From contig JAAILG010000903.1 in the NCBI GenBank assembly GCA_012026655.1, positions 1 through 64,000 on the forward strand: DNA of 64,000 bases. The letters run 5' to 3'. Below, piece after piece: positions 13,401-26,800 of the stretch. A program made the translations under genes and the position numbers. The notes beneath the pieces are model-generated. The model searched no databases, was not told where the DNA came from, and saw only the letters and a list, made by a program, of their open reading frames with translations. Numbering within the stretch: position 1 is the first letter of the stretch; every line of letters starts with the position of its first letter. Source of the stretch: Hydrolagus affinis (lineage: Eukaryota).

Positions 13401-16044
13401 TGATAATATTGCTGTCTATAAATTGTATCTAAATAACACATATGTCCACATCCACATGTTTAAAGATGCAACTGATCCAATGAATTAACAAAAAAAAACC
13501 TAGAAATTTTAGAAGGGAATTCAATGTGTTTATGAATAGAAAAATAATTGAAAGATTGTGAGAAGGCAAATGAATAGAATTGATCTATCAAAAAGCTGCT
13601 TCGAGTCGAATGGCCTTTACCTATTCCTAATAATTCTTGTGCTTTATATACTTATTTTATGGTTGTTTTCTGTTGAATATGTACTTTTGCATTCCACAGA
13701 TCCCAGTCTCTCCAAACTAACTGTTTAAGCTTTAAATTATATAAGCTATAAAGTGGACATTGCCAGTAAATCAAACACTGGTAATGGCTCGATTCATTGG
13801 TAGGCTATAAGGTTCTATGACTTCTAGATTTATTTTCTCTTGTTTACTTCAATCTAGTCAGCTTCAAAGTGCAATGGAACATTCTGGGGAATAGAACTAT
13901 GAATTTACCGTCAGTTTTAAATGTCTCTCAGTCAAGCACAATTCAGGAGATAATGTCACTTGATACACAGTTTAGTCAAACAAATTCCTGTGTCGTGGTG
14001 TGCATGAGAGTCAGACTACACTATTAAACAGGGTCGAATGCAATCAGTTACATTCTGAGCTTATGTACTTTATTCATGCCAATGCTCGATTTTCAGTGAA
14101 TAAAATTGCTGCTTATCCCAGCACATATTCCTCATTTCAGTTTGGGTTGTGAGGCTAATACTAGTAACAAAGTCTCCTGTGATCCTTATACTGTATATTC
14201 CTTGCACAGAAACTCACCTACATACTGCAAATGTCCTACTATATAGTCTAAACTGTTCCTTATTAACCTCACCAATCCTTTCAACACAGATCAAATTTAC
14301 AATGTTGACATCTCAATGGCGTAACTAACAAGAGCACCATTTAATCAAATATAATACGCATAAAAGGGCAGTTTAAACCCAAGATTGGTCAAGTCAGCAG
14401 TTCTCAGTCAAATGTATGGTACAGCAAAAGTCAGATTGTAACTTCAAAAGTGAATCTTATACAATGGTGAAAGTTTATTTGGCAAACGATAACTGGGGTC
14501 AGCTGGATCTCATATCAGGGTTGTATTAGGGTGGGGCTCTCTAAGCAATTGACGAAGTCAGGACAGGCTGTTATTTTCTTCATTCTGTTCATTCTCACTG
14601 TGGAGGAGGCGAACAAATATCTGGTTTGATGCTGTCCAAAAGGGTCTGGCTTGATGGTGGTGTCAGCAAATTGCTGTACTGCAATGCGTTTTCACATAAG
14701 AAATTAAAAACACATTCTAGTCCGATGCAGTTAACATTTTAGCATGAATTATTGAAAAGATGAGTCTGGGTGAGGCAATTAACTATCGGGATGGACAATT
14801 CTGTCCAGTGCCCTGTACTAAAATACTAACATTTTCTGATTTAACAAAATTCTTTGATTTGTTTGCAGTCGGTATTGAGCGCTGTGTGAACTTCCTTACA
14901 AGAGGGGTCAGGGGGTCACCCTGGATCACAAAATCCACGGAAACGAGAGGACACCGTGACAGGTGCAGAGAACCGAACAATTTAAAGACAAAAGTTGCCT
15001 AGAAAACATAAAGTAATTAAAGAAATATCACACTTCGGATACACTCAGAAGGTAGCTGGGTTGAAGGATTTTTTAATGACTTCAGAGCCCAACGGGCTGT
15101 GCTTTTCTTACTGCACTTTCAAAATAAAACCCATGCTGCTCCTGCGCTAATAACCATCCCATAAGGTTTATTCAGCAAATTACATGCCAAGCTGGAAGGA
15201 GAATGTACTGTTACCTCTAGCTCATAAGTCACAGCAAAGTCTTTCTCTCATGGCAGGCGTAACAGCACATCAAAGCTTTGAGCAAAAGCTGAAGGTGACA
15301 TGAGGCATAAGGCGAAAACCATTGTGATGAATGAAATGATTAAGAGGAGAATTCAAGTGGACACCATGAGCAGGTTGAAACTGCTCTGTTTATGTAATCA
15401 AGACATACCCAACCTCCCCACAGATAAGCATGGAAACAACACTCTCACACAATACCCCTTTGCTCTTGCAAAGTTATACCGATTCCATTCATTTCCAACC
15501 CATTTGCATCCAGAAAGTTTCCCATCTACAAATTACAGTCACTACATTTTACAATAAATCTGGGGTTGTGCATCGATGAGTTCACCTGATGTAAAAGTCA
15601 CAATATAAAATGTAAGGTTTGTTTTTATTGTTTTCCTTCATATAATAATATAGCAGTGGTGGCTAATTTTATCATCAAGTCTGTAAACGGCTCAGAAAGC
15701 AGGGGTGTAATAACTTAAAGATTTACAAATATTTTCAAATAATTTACATCATGGAAACTGGCCACTCAGGCCCATCAGTCCATGCCAGTGTTTATATTCC
15801 ACATGAGTCTTCATCCATTTCTTACTCCCTCCATATCATTCTACCCCCCCACCTACTCCTTCATGTGAATGTCTAGTTTCCTCTTGAATCATCTGTACTA
15901 TGTGATTCAACCACCACTTCAGTCAACGAGTTCCATAATCTCACTACCCTCCGTGTGCAGTACAGTAGTTCCTCCTAAATTCTCATGTGATCCCCTACTC
16001 ACTATATTTTGCTTAACTAATGATTCCCTTCTTCTCCTGCTTCT

Positions 16045-16380
16045 TAGAGGCATTGAAGAGCTGTTAGTAATAGGGAAGTGCTGAATTGTTGGAGGTGACA
16101 TATTTCAAATGAAATACTACAGTAAGATCCCATGCACCTCCAGGTCAAGTGCATCTTAAAGGCATCACTACAATATTCACAAAGAGAAGGGAGTTTCTTC
16201 CAGTGTCCCAGCCAATACACCTCCAGGTTAATTCGCCATTCATCGCATAGCTACAAGTGGGTCCTTGCTGGCACAATTGCCTGCTTTGTTTGCCTTTATA
16301 AGATAAACTCTACATTTTTGAAGCACTTTGTAAGATTTTTCTGTGGTAAAGTAGTATATAAATATACATACTTTATCTTT
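16045..16380 (+). mobile_element. Old Deu-SINE
   Basis: ttgttggaggtg...gggagtttcttccagtgtcccagccaat...gtgggtccttgctggcacaattg. Confidence 0.65.
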
Positions 16381-17399
16381 TTTTTCTAGGAGTTGATTGG
16401 TAGTGAAGAAGGCATCATTCTTATTAATGAATGCTGTTTTGTAAAAAGGGAAAATGAGCGATTCTGCAAAAATGTTAGTTTCACCATTCTGTTGCAGTTG
16501 CATTAAAAGTAAAGACAAGCTCAACAGCTGCCACAGTCAGTTTTGAGGCACAGCATTTTGTCACTGGTAAGAATTCCCACAACTAATATCTCAGAACACA
16601 TTTTATGCTGAATACCATTGTTTTTTTAACACAATACTAAGTTTCAGACAAGAGTAAGTCCATTAACTCTACCCAACTAATATAATATCCCCCAAAAATT
16701 ATTTCACTAATAACCCTGAATCCTTTCAATTTCAAGAATCTATGCACAGGTATTTGTTTTGGAAACTCGTTGTTCTATCACCTCTGCTGATAATTTATTT
16801 TAGACGCCTGTCATCCAAGGAACCTATCTTTAAAGTACAATAGAAGTTTGTGCAAAAAAAATCAATATCAAGGATGGTTTACACCGAATTGTGTCAACAA
16901 TGGAAAGCAGTTGTGTGTCGAGTTAACTTTAACCCCAAATTCTCCAAACTGTTACAAATATCTACTTTGCTTCTTTCATCAAGAATTGCTGAACGTGATA
17001 AATTCAAACAGAATTCATATAAAGCCAGATTCAATCAAATAATTTAACTCAATGACTTCTTCTATAATACTTTTAATTAAACGTCAAGAACAATTGAGAA
17101 CATATTTGATGTTTTTTGGAAAATACAAGGAATGCTAAAATCCATATGGTAGTTAGCAGAATGATTGATAATGTGGCTACTAAGGGCTGAACGCTTAATT
17201 TTAATAACAACAACAAATTACATTTGTATAGCGTCTTTCTCCTCCAATGTAATCCAGTTTTGGAGTTGAAGGCCGGCATGTTGACATACTTTCAATTACC
17301 ACAAGAAATTGATTTACTTATTGAGGAATCCTTTAGAAATTGACAAATATTAGACTCCAGTGTATGCATGTTAAAGGTGTCTGTGTCCTGACTCAATGT

Positions 17400-17700
17400 T
17401 TAAAACCAACCATTGGCAGCCGGGCTTTCAGCCTCACTGCTCTCACACTGTGGAACTCTATCCTGCAGCCCCTCTGCCTCGCTTCCTCCCTTTCCTCCTT
17501 CAAGGCCGGTCTCAAGACCTTCCTCTTCGACCGTGCCTTCGGCTGTCCCATTAACTCTTCCCCTCTCCCACTCTCCTTCCCCCTACTTTGACCCTCCCCC
17601 ACCCCCCACCTCCGCTCGGATCCCGACCAGACTTTTCAACGCTTTGGGACGTCCTCCCAATGTGAAAGGCGCTATATAAGTGTGATTTTGTTGTTGTTGT
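17400..17700 (+). mobile_element. L2 3' fragment (subfamily B)
   Basis: Encodes TIGSRAFSLTALTLWNSI...FKAGLKTFLF (L2 ORF C-terminus); ends gggacgtcctcccaatgtgaaaggcgctatataag and (GTT)n. Confidence 0.9.
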
Positions 17701-17894
17701 TAAAACTGTTGTTGGTCTTTTAAATTAGCAATCCTATCTATGCACCTGCACATGATGCTGTACATCACTGGTGAGATTTGAGAAAGCAGCATCAATCAAT
17801 CCAGGAACTCAATTTCTTCAGTTTTATTTTAAAATGTTATTGATTGAAACTTCGATCACTTGAAATTTCGATCATAATCTAGTCCAAATAGGAA

Positions 17895-18330
17895 CAGTGA
17901 TCTCATAATCTAGTCTGACACACCAGTACAGTGCTGTATTATTGGAGGTGTTATCCTATAAATGGGATGTTAAACAAAGTTTCTTTCTTGCTTGTTGAGG
18001 TGGATGTTAAAATTACAATAGAATTTACATTTATATAATGTCTTTCACGTCAGTAGGTTGTTGGATGGGAGATGAGGGTTTGAGTAGGGGAAATATGACC
18101 GAAAGATGACAGTCAGAGTTCAAAAAGAGAAGGGCATTTTCCCCAGTGTCCTAGCCAAGAATCCTCCAGATATATTGATCATTCATTTCATCGCTGTTGG
18201 TGGAACTTTGCTGAGTGCAAAGAGGCTAACATATTGGCCTACAAATACTGTACACAGTGATTATGCTCCACAGAAACTTTGCAAACTACTTTAAGACATT
18301 ATAGGCACTATTCAAAATGCAATTATTATT
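17895..18330 (+). mobile_element. Old Deu-SINE with nested minus-strand L2 tail (about 18020-18110)
   Basis: cataatctagtctgacac...attggaggtg...ggtggatgttaaa, then the insert, then ttccccagtgtcctagccaa...tcgctgttggtggaactttgctg. Confidence 0.7.
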
Positions 18331-18489
18331 TTTTGTGTTTAGTATTAATTTGTGAGCTGATTATTTTAATAAAAACAACAAAATTACATTTGTATAGTAC
18401 CTTTCAAGTTGGGTGGACATCCCAAGGTGCCGGAAATACAGAAGGGAACACTCCAGATATTTTGTGAAAGTTTGAAAGATTCATAGCTA

Positions 18490-20360
18490 CAACAACAACA
18501 ACAACTTTGATTTATATAGCGCCCTCCACATCGGACGGCATCTCAGAGCACTTCACAATAGCGGATCCCGGGACCGAGCCAGGGGCAGGGGCAGAAAGGT
18601 GACCAAAGGCGCAGTCAAAGAAAAAGGTCTTCAGCTGGGGCCTGAAGCTGAAAAGAGAGGAGGCAAGACGAAGTGAGGGAGGGAATTCCAGAGCCTCGGG
18701 GCATAGTGGCTGAAGGCACGGCCGCCGAGGGTGGAGCGGAGGATTCGGGGGACATGGAGGAGGTCAGACCCAGTGGAGCGAAGGCAATGGGTGCTGGTTT
18801 GAGGAGAGAGGAGGTCAGAGAAGTAGGGGGGTGCAGAGGAGTGGAGGGATTTGAAGGCAAGGATGAGGATCTTGAAGTTGATCCTCTCTGGGATAGGGAG
18901 CCAGTGAAGTCTGGCAAGCACTGGGGTAATGGAGGAGCTAAGTTTGATGCAGGTGAGAATGCGGGCGGCAGAGTTCTGAATGAGCTGGATTTGATGGATT
19001 GTGGAGGAGGGGAGACCGGCGAGGAGGGCGTTGCAATAGTCCAGCTGAGAGATGACAAAGATGCGGACCAGGGTTTCAGCAGCTTTTGGAGTCAGATATT
19101 GGCGGAGACGGGTGATCCGTCGGAGGTGGAAAAAGGCAGTGCTGGTGAGGGACAGGATGTGAGGGAAGAAGGACAGTTGGGGGTCGAACCTGATGCCTAG
19201 GTTGCTCACAGGTTTAGGGGCAGGCCGGGAAGGTGGAGAAAGTGAGAGCCATGCGAATAGAGACGTTGACGAGAGCCAAAGAGTATGGCCTTCGTCTTGT
19301 CAACATTCAGCTGCAAGAAATTTGCGCTCATCCAGCTCCTGATGTCTGACAGGCAGGCTAACAGAACATCAGGGTACTTGGAATCACAAAGTGAAGTAGA
19401 GAAAGAGTTGGGTGTCATCTGCATCCATGTGGAAGTGTGTGCCATGTCTGCGGATGACATCCCCAAGAGGGAGCATGTAGATGAGGAAGAGAAGGGGGCC
19501 AAGGATGGATCCCTGGGGTACCCCACAGGTAACTGAGTGAGATTGGGAGGAAAAGCCATTTGTGGAGATGTACTGCTGGCGGTTTATGAGATAGGACTCA
19601 AACCAGGCGAGTGCGGTCCTACTGAGGTGGATGACGGAGGACAGGCGGTGGAGGAGGATGGCATGGTCGACTGTGTCGAACGCAGCGGACAGGTCAAGGA
19701 GGATAAGGAGGCAGAGGGAGCTCTGGTCGCAGATAAAGAGGACGTCGTTTGTGACTTTCACAAGCGTAGACTCTGTACTGTGGGACTCTGTACTGTGAAA
19801 CCGAAGAGGGAGTGAGAGGAAAGGTCGGCGCGGAGTTGGTTGGGAACAATGTATTCCACTGCTTTTGAAAAGAAGGGCAGGTTTGAGATAAGGCGGTAGT
19901 GGCTCGGGTTCGAGGGATCAAGGGAGGGTTTTTTAAGGAGGGGGGTGATGGCAGCGGTTTTGAGGGGGGCAGGGGCTGATCCTGTGGAGAGGGACTGGTT
20001 GATGATATCAGCCAGCAGTGGGAAGAGGAGGGGGATCTGGGGGAGCAGTAGGTTGCTGGGGATGGGGTCGAGGCAGCAGGTGGTTGTCTTCATGGAGGTG
20101 ATGGCGCGTGAGAGGGAGGAAAGAGAGACCAGGGAGGAGTATAGGAAGGGGGTCGAAGTAGGAACTGATGACAGGAAGGGTGAGGGGGATGGAGTGAGTG
20201 ACGAGAGGCAAGAGGATGATGCTGCCTGGTAGATATTGTGGATTTTGGAGGAGAAGAAGTCCATGACCTCCTCACATTTAGCATTTGAAGTGAGGATTGA
20301 GGAGGCCTGAGGGGGTGCACGGAGGAGGTGGTGGGTGGTGGAAAAGAAGACTTTGGGGTC
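18490..20360 (-). mobile_element. 5'-truncated L2 LINE (subfamily A), RT region, frameshifted
   Basis: ORF fragments with PLLKKPSLDP, YRLISNLPF, LLDLSAAFDTVDH, GVPQGSILGPLLF, DADDTQL (YADD mutated) and LHWLPI; (CAA)n tail at 18490-18505; agcta at 18485-18489 and 20367-20371 is a possible TSD. Confidence 0.95.
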
Positions 20361-22139
20361 CTCTTCAGCTATGTTCAGTTTAAAACCATAATGAGTTTTA
20401 TTCCCTCTTATGTTCAACTGTAGGAGACTTGTTCTGATCTGTTCAACTTGTTAAGTGGATTTTTGCGCTCAGTATCATAATGGGTTGGCCCATGCATTTC
20501 ACTGATTCAAAAGTGCTAAAGCCACTATAATCAAACCTGTATGTCCCCATGTCCCTCTATTATCTTTGGCTTTTTTTTGCACTTTCACAGCTTTCAGAAA
20601 TCATCACTCACAATCACTCAGGCTCACAATAACACTTCCCACCTCTTTCAAAACATCACAAGTTACACCACTATTGGCAACCTTCACATTTCATTGTCAC
20701 AATGTTTCCCTAAATTAAGTATCCCAATCCTTGCAGTCCCTTTCAGGTTTTGCTGAAAAAGACCAGCTCTGCTGACTAGAGATGGATTTAAATCAATCTA
20801 CCTGTGCACCAAACTTAAAAGCAGTTAAGCAGTGTCTAGCCGAAAGGGAAGCTGCAGCTTCAAGCACTGAGCTCTCATGAGATCAGTGTGTTTGAAGAGC
20901 TATGGTTCCCCAGGGAGCCTCCATTGGGGCTACGGTTACTCTCATGATATCGCCCCCTGTGAAGAAAGGAATGCACTCGAACTCACAAACATGGAGCAAG
21001 CTCGGCATTGATTTAACACATGCATCCACACAGTAGATAAGTTGTTCTTTCAACCCTAATTATTCTTAATCTCCCTTTGAGTCTGGCAGCAGGGGATAGG
21101 TTATTGAAGCCCAGGCCTTCCCCAGAGCCCGATTGACAATTACACATTAACTTGGCTTTCCTCACGATTTCTTTAAGAATATTATAAAACGCAGGTTACG
21201 TGAACTTTCAGCGTGTCATTTGGCATCAGCCAAGATGATAAATCACTGACCTCAAAGGAACAAAGAATTTAAACTTTGCTTAAGAGAATGCTATCTAGTT
21301 TATTTAAAACAGGCTCCATTCTAAACCCCAGTAAAAAAAAAACTATAAACATTCCTATTAACGTGCATCAGACATCGAAGAAAAAAAGTTGGATTTACTT
21401 ATACATTTTTCATAGGATTGACTTAGTGCAAGTACAGTGCGGTAGGTTCACAAACCAAGGGTGGTGCAGGTATAATTGTATTTTAATTACATTTTTAAAC
21501 ATATACTTATACCAGATGTGCCAGCTGAGGTTTAATAGAAAAACTATTTCAACAAAGATTATTTCACTTTTAAGCAATGCTTCCTGTGAATCTCAATGTC
21601 TGCTGTTCCCTGGAACCCCATCAATACTGCTTACTTCATGTAATAATAATCCTTGCATTTGATATAGTGCCTTATTATGTCTTCAAGACGTCTCAAAATG
21701 CTTCACAAAATATACATCAAAGTGAATTTACTGTATATTTAATGTAACAATAGACATAAGCAAGAACTCTGATCAAAAGGCTTTAGAATTAGATACGAGT
21801 TTGAAAACAAATTCTGAATCCAGTGTGATGTCAATTTAGATAATCTGCATAACCCACTTAGATCTTCCAGATTCATCTACTGATCTCTTGTTTTAAAAAA
21901 AAGGGAATTAGATGTAAACATCCTCATGCCACACAAGAGGAACACCTTTTTTTTAGCCCTGTGCAGTTGTTTTATATCAGGCTGGCACTTCAGTTCAACT
22001 CTGCAGGCACACGACATTGTAGTGTTCAGCGTTTTAGGGCATCTTCCTGACGTGAAGGGTGCTCTATAAATGTAATTTTGTTGTTGTTGTTGAAGCTTTT
22101 GATCTAGGCGTAAAAGTATAATGTTCACAGGAGGCACCG

Positions 22140-22410
22140 CTCAAACTATAATCATTCTCCTACAGGTTCAATCAAGGGGACATTAAAGATTCACCGACCT
22201 TCTCTGAAAAGAGAGAGATGTTTTTCCCAGTAACCCAACAACAATCTCCAGATAGACTGGTCATTTAACTTATGGCTATTTACAGGTCACTGCTGACACA
22301 ACTGGTTCCCACATTTGCCTGCAAACAACATTCACTGCACTTGACAGTTATTACTTCTGAAGTGCTTTGAGATATTTCAACTTGACAAGGTTCTGTAAAA
22401 CTCCAAGCTT
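22140..22410 (+). mobile_element. Old Deu-SINE, degenerate
   Basis: gggacattaaagat...gactggtcattt...ggctatttacaggtcactgctg...gaagtgctttgaga. Confidence 0.55.
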
Positions 22411-23174
22411 CCTCTTTCTCATGAAGTCTTATGGGCTCCTAGTGTAATGGCTGCAAGAGAGTGACTGCTAGGTAGTCTGTGTTTTTTTATTTATAAGTTA
22501 TTAGGCCCCTGGTAGTCTCATAGTTATCCTTCCGCTCACTTTCCCTGATAGACTTCTGGCTATTCAGTGGTCCTTTTGCTTTCCTTGGCAGTGTCTTAGC
22601 TATCCATCTTTCCTGATTTCTTTGGCGGTTTAGCGGCAATCTGTCTTTTCCAATTTACTTGGCTAGCTACTGACTGCTTGTCTGTCTTCTCCAATTTGTC
22701 TCATAGTCTAGTGACACCGGCTGTGCTTCAGTTATCAACACAACATTCTTCCAAATTTATAAAGAAACTGTATTAATAGTATTCATCAACTGTGAACATT
22801 TTCAAAATTTCCCTAGCAGTCTGGTGACTCCATTACTTGCTTTTCTGTTCTTCTAGCAGTTCAGTTGTGTTGATCTCCTTGCTATCGTCTTCCCACACCC
22901 CCCCCCACATCCCCATAACCATCCCCCATCATCCCCCTACAATTTTAGGAACTCAGAGAAGTCTATTATGTTATTGATTCACATTTATCAGTTAATTTAT
23001 TAACTGTCTATTCCACAACCCTCTTAAATCAACTGTTCTAAGTTCCTCACCAGTCTGGCCTGAGTTTCACATCTGTATAGTGTCGGTCAGCCTTGAATCC
23101 TCCTTTCCATTCCAATAATCTATCTCTGAGATTTCCATGTGTAGGTGGGATTCATGGAAATCTCGGTTAAGTTT

Positions 23175-23500
23175 AATAATAATAATAATATTATAATAAG
23201 CTTTGCATTTGATATAGCACTTTTCACATCTTCTAGACACCTCAAAGCACTTCACAGAATATACTGTAAAGTGAATTGACTGTATATGTGGGTGAAACGC
23301 AACAGCCAATCGTGCACAGCAGTGTCCACATACAGTCGTGGATTGAAATTACCAATTTATTCTAGTTTTTTTGGAGGGATTATTATTAAGCGTGTGGAGT
23401 AAGTAAACTTGTCCAAAGATCCACCCTTACCTGACTGAATTAGAAACACAGGTCTCACGCTTGTAAGGTGTGTGCTCTAACCACTGAGCTACAAAAGCTA
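23175..23500 (-). mobile_element. Full-length young tRNA/Deu SINE
   Basis: Head GTAGCTCAGTGGTTAGAGCACACACCTTACAAGCGTGAGACCTGTG on minus, then Deu block and (ATT)n tail. Confidence 0.9.
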
Positions 23501-23699
23501 TGAACCCAATTACTTGCTTGAAAACACAATGTTAGGTATGGGATAGCAGAAGACTTACTTTTAAGCATAGTGATGGGTTTCCACATGTATCAGACACCCA
23601 GCTGGCCTCCACCCAAACAAATCACTAATGAGCACCACCCAGGATGTGATGTCAGCAACAAATGATGACATGGAAGGTAATCATTTTCTTTGCTCAATT

Positions 23700-23846
23700 T
23701 CTAATGAGAGGGTAAACATGTGACTTTCGATCAGAGGGTAAATATGTGGGCTGATAACTGGCAGATTATCTTTTATATAGATAAATGCAAGGTTTTGCAT
23801 GTACGATTCAAGATTGAGAAACAATCAAGAATAGAATTAAACTTAC
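23700..23846 (+). mobile_element. Old CR1 RT fragment, left half (split by the L2 insertion)
   Basis: tgggctgataactggcag...gataaatgcaaggttttgcat reads WADNWQ..DKCKVLH, the CR1 motif; continues at 27561. Confidence 0.7.
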
Positions 23847-26800
23847 AACAACAACAACAACAACTTTGATTTATATAGCGCCCTCCATGCCGGACGGCAT
23901 CTCAGAGCGCTTCACAATAGTGGATCCCGGGACCGAGCCAGGGGCAGGGGCAGAAAGGTGACCAAAAGCGCGGTCGAAGAGAAAGTGTTCAGCTGTGACC
24001 TGAAAGTGGGAATAGAGGAGGTGAGGCAAGGGAGTGAGGAAGGGAGTTCCAGAGCCTCGGGGCATAGTTGCTGAAGGCATGGCTGCCGAGTGTGGACCGG
24101 AGGATTCAGGGGACATGGAGGAGGCCAGACCCAGAGGAGCCAAGGCAGCGGGTGCTGGTTTGGGGGGAGAGGAGATCAGAGAGATAGGGGGGTGCAGAGG
24201 AGTGGAGGGATTTGAAAACAAGAGTGAGGATCTTGAAGTCAATCCTCTCTGGGATAGGGAGCCAGTGAAGTCTGGCAAGGACTGGGGTAATGGGGGAGCG
24301 AAGCTTGGAGCAGGCGAGTATGTGGGCAGCAGAGTTTTGGATTAGCTGGATTTTGTGGATTGTGGTGGAGGGGAGACCAGAGAGGAGGGTATTGCAACAG
24401 TCCAGCTGAGAGGTGACAAAGGCATGGACCAAGGTTTCAGCGGCTTTTGGGGTGAGGTATTGCCGGAGACGGGCGATCAGTCGGAGGTGGTAGAAGGCAG
24501 TGCTGGTAACGGACCAGATGTGGGGGAGGAAGGACAGTTGGGGGTCGAACCTGATGCCAAGGTTGCGCACAGGTTTGGAGAGTTTTATGGGCAGGCCAGA
24601 AAGGTGGAGGAGGTGAGAGCCATGTGAATGGAGATGTTGATGAGAGCCAAGGAATATGGCCTCCGTTTTGTCGACATTCAGCTTCAAGAAATTTGCGCTC
24701 ATCCAGCCCCTGATGTCTGAAAGGCAGGCTGACAGAACATCAGGGGACTGGGGGTCGCAAAGTTAAGTGGAGAAATAGAGTTGCATGTCATCTGCGAACA
24801 TATGGAAGTGTGCCCCATGTCTGCGGATGACATCCCCAAGAGGGAATGTATAGATGAGGAAAAGGAGGGGGCCAAGGATAGATCCCTGGGGTACCCCACA
24901 GGTAACTGGGTAAGAGCGGGAGGAAATAGAGTTTGTAGAGATGTACTGCTGCGGTTTGTGAGGTAGGACTCGAACCACGCGAGTGCAGTCCCTGTGGCGG
25001 ATGACGGAGGACAGGTGGTGGAGGAGGATGGCTTGATAGACTGTGTCGAACGCATCCAACAGGTCCTGGAGGATAAGGAGGCAGATGGAGAGGATGTCAT
25101 TTGTGACTTTCACAAGTGCAGTCTCTGTACTGTGGGCAGGGCGGAAACCGGACTGGAGGGGTTCAAAGAGGGAGTGGGAGGAGAGGTGGGCGCAGAGTTG
25201 GTTTGCAACAATGTGTTCCAGTGCTTTAGAAAGCAAGGGCAGGTTAGAAATAGGGTGGTAGTGGCTAGGGTTTGAGGGATCTAGGGTGGGTTTTTTTAAG
25301 GAGTGGGGTGATGGCAGCAGTTTTGAGGGGTGCAGGGACTGATCCGGTGAAGAGGGACTGGTTGACGATATCAGCCAGTAGTGGGCAGAGGAAGCTGGGT
25401 GAGCTGGGTGAGCAGTAGGTTAGTGGGGATGGGATCGAGGCCGCAGGTTGTTAGCCTCATAAGAGGTGAGAGAGCATGAGAGGGAGGAAGGAGAGACAGG
25501 GGAGAAGTAGTGTAGGAAGGGGGTCGAGGTAGGAAATGAAGATGGGGGGGTAAGGGGGATGGGGTGGGGGTGGTAGTGGTTGACGAGAGGCTGGAGGATG
25601 ATGCTGCCTGGCGGATATTGTGGATCTTGGAAGAAAAGAATCCATGACCTCCTCGCACTTCACATTTGAAGTGAATATTGAGGAGGCCTGAGGGGGTGCA
25701 TGGAGGAGCTGGTGGGTGGTGGAAAAGAGGACTTTAGGGTTGTTGTTTGCCTCCAGGATGATGTTAGAATAGTAAGCCGTTTTTGCTTGACACAAAAAAC
25801 AGCGGTAGCTGTGGAGATGCTCGAGCCACATTTGGTGGTGAATAGTGAGGCCGGTTTTGTGCCACCTGCGCTTGAGCAGCCGGGTTTGGCATTTGAGGAT
25901 GCGGAGATGAGTGATGTACCAGGGGGAGCAGCTGTAGTTGGAAATAGACCTGGATTTCAGGGGGACGAGAGAGTTGAAGGTGCAGGGGAGGTGATCATGG
26001 AGCAGCTGTACAGCTGCTTCAGGATCGCTGTGGGTGGAAGACCAGAGGGGTAGGAGGTCAGAGGATGTGAGGGCATCTGTGAGGGTCTCAGGGGGGAGAC
26101 TTTTCCATGGGCGGAAAAGTATGGTTGAGGGCTTGGTGGAGGGGAGAGGGATGGAAGAGGAGAAGGAGACAAGAAAGTGGTCCGAGATGGCCTTGTCCGA
26201 GATACTGAGGTCGGAAATGTCAAGGCTGTGGGTGATGATGAGGTCGAGGGCGTGGCCACGGTTGTGGGTCAGAGAGTCAATGTGGAGGGTGAGGTTTAGG
26301 GAGGAGAGGAGGGCAGTGAAATCGGAAGAGGTGGTGCAGGGGGAGTTTAGGTGGAGGTTGAAGTTGCCCATGATGAGCAGGCGTTCAGAGCTGAGGAACA
26401 GGGAGGAAAGGAGAAAGGAGATATCGGAGATGAAGGAGCCAGGGTGTTTAGGAGGACGGTAAAGTAGAAGGATTTTTAAGGAAAGGGAAGGAAGGTAGAG
26501 CGTGAGGTGCTCAAAGGAGGGGAAACAGCCAGAGGAGTAGGGGGAGAGAGCAAGGGAGGCATTTGAGGTGATGGCCACCCCACCACCACGGTTGGGGCTG
26601 GAAGGTGTAGCCTGGAGGGGAGGCCTCGACTAGAGGCACGGGGTCATTTGGGAAGAGCCAGGTTTCCGTAAGACCAAGAATATCAATGTTCTCATCCAGG
26701 ATGAGATCATAGATAGTGAGTGCTTTGTTGGAAAAGGAGTGGATGTTCTGAGGAGCAGTGCAGATGAGTTTGCTGGAGGGGGGAGAGGGAGGAGAAATTG

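Noticed and set aside
14870-14999. Exon candidates on both strands
   Set aside because: Translations unrecognisable and no compatible neighbouring exons; more likely non-coding
15058-15075. Resemblance to the reverse complement of miR-133 (tagctgggttgaagg)
   Set aside because: Seed end absent and no flanking hairpin
18673-19200. Long plus-strand Gly/Glu-rich ORFs (also 24034-24627, 25700-26462)
   Set aside because: Antisense shadows of the L2 ORF caused by its C/T-rich codon usage
19770-19800. gactctgtactgtg duplicated inside the L2
   Set aside because: Ordinary slippage/repair scar relative to the intact sequence at ~25120-25165
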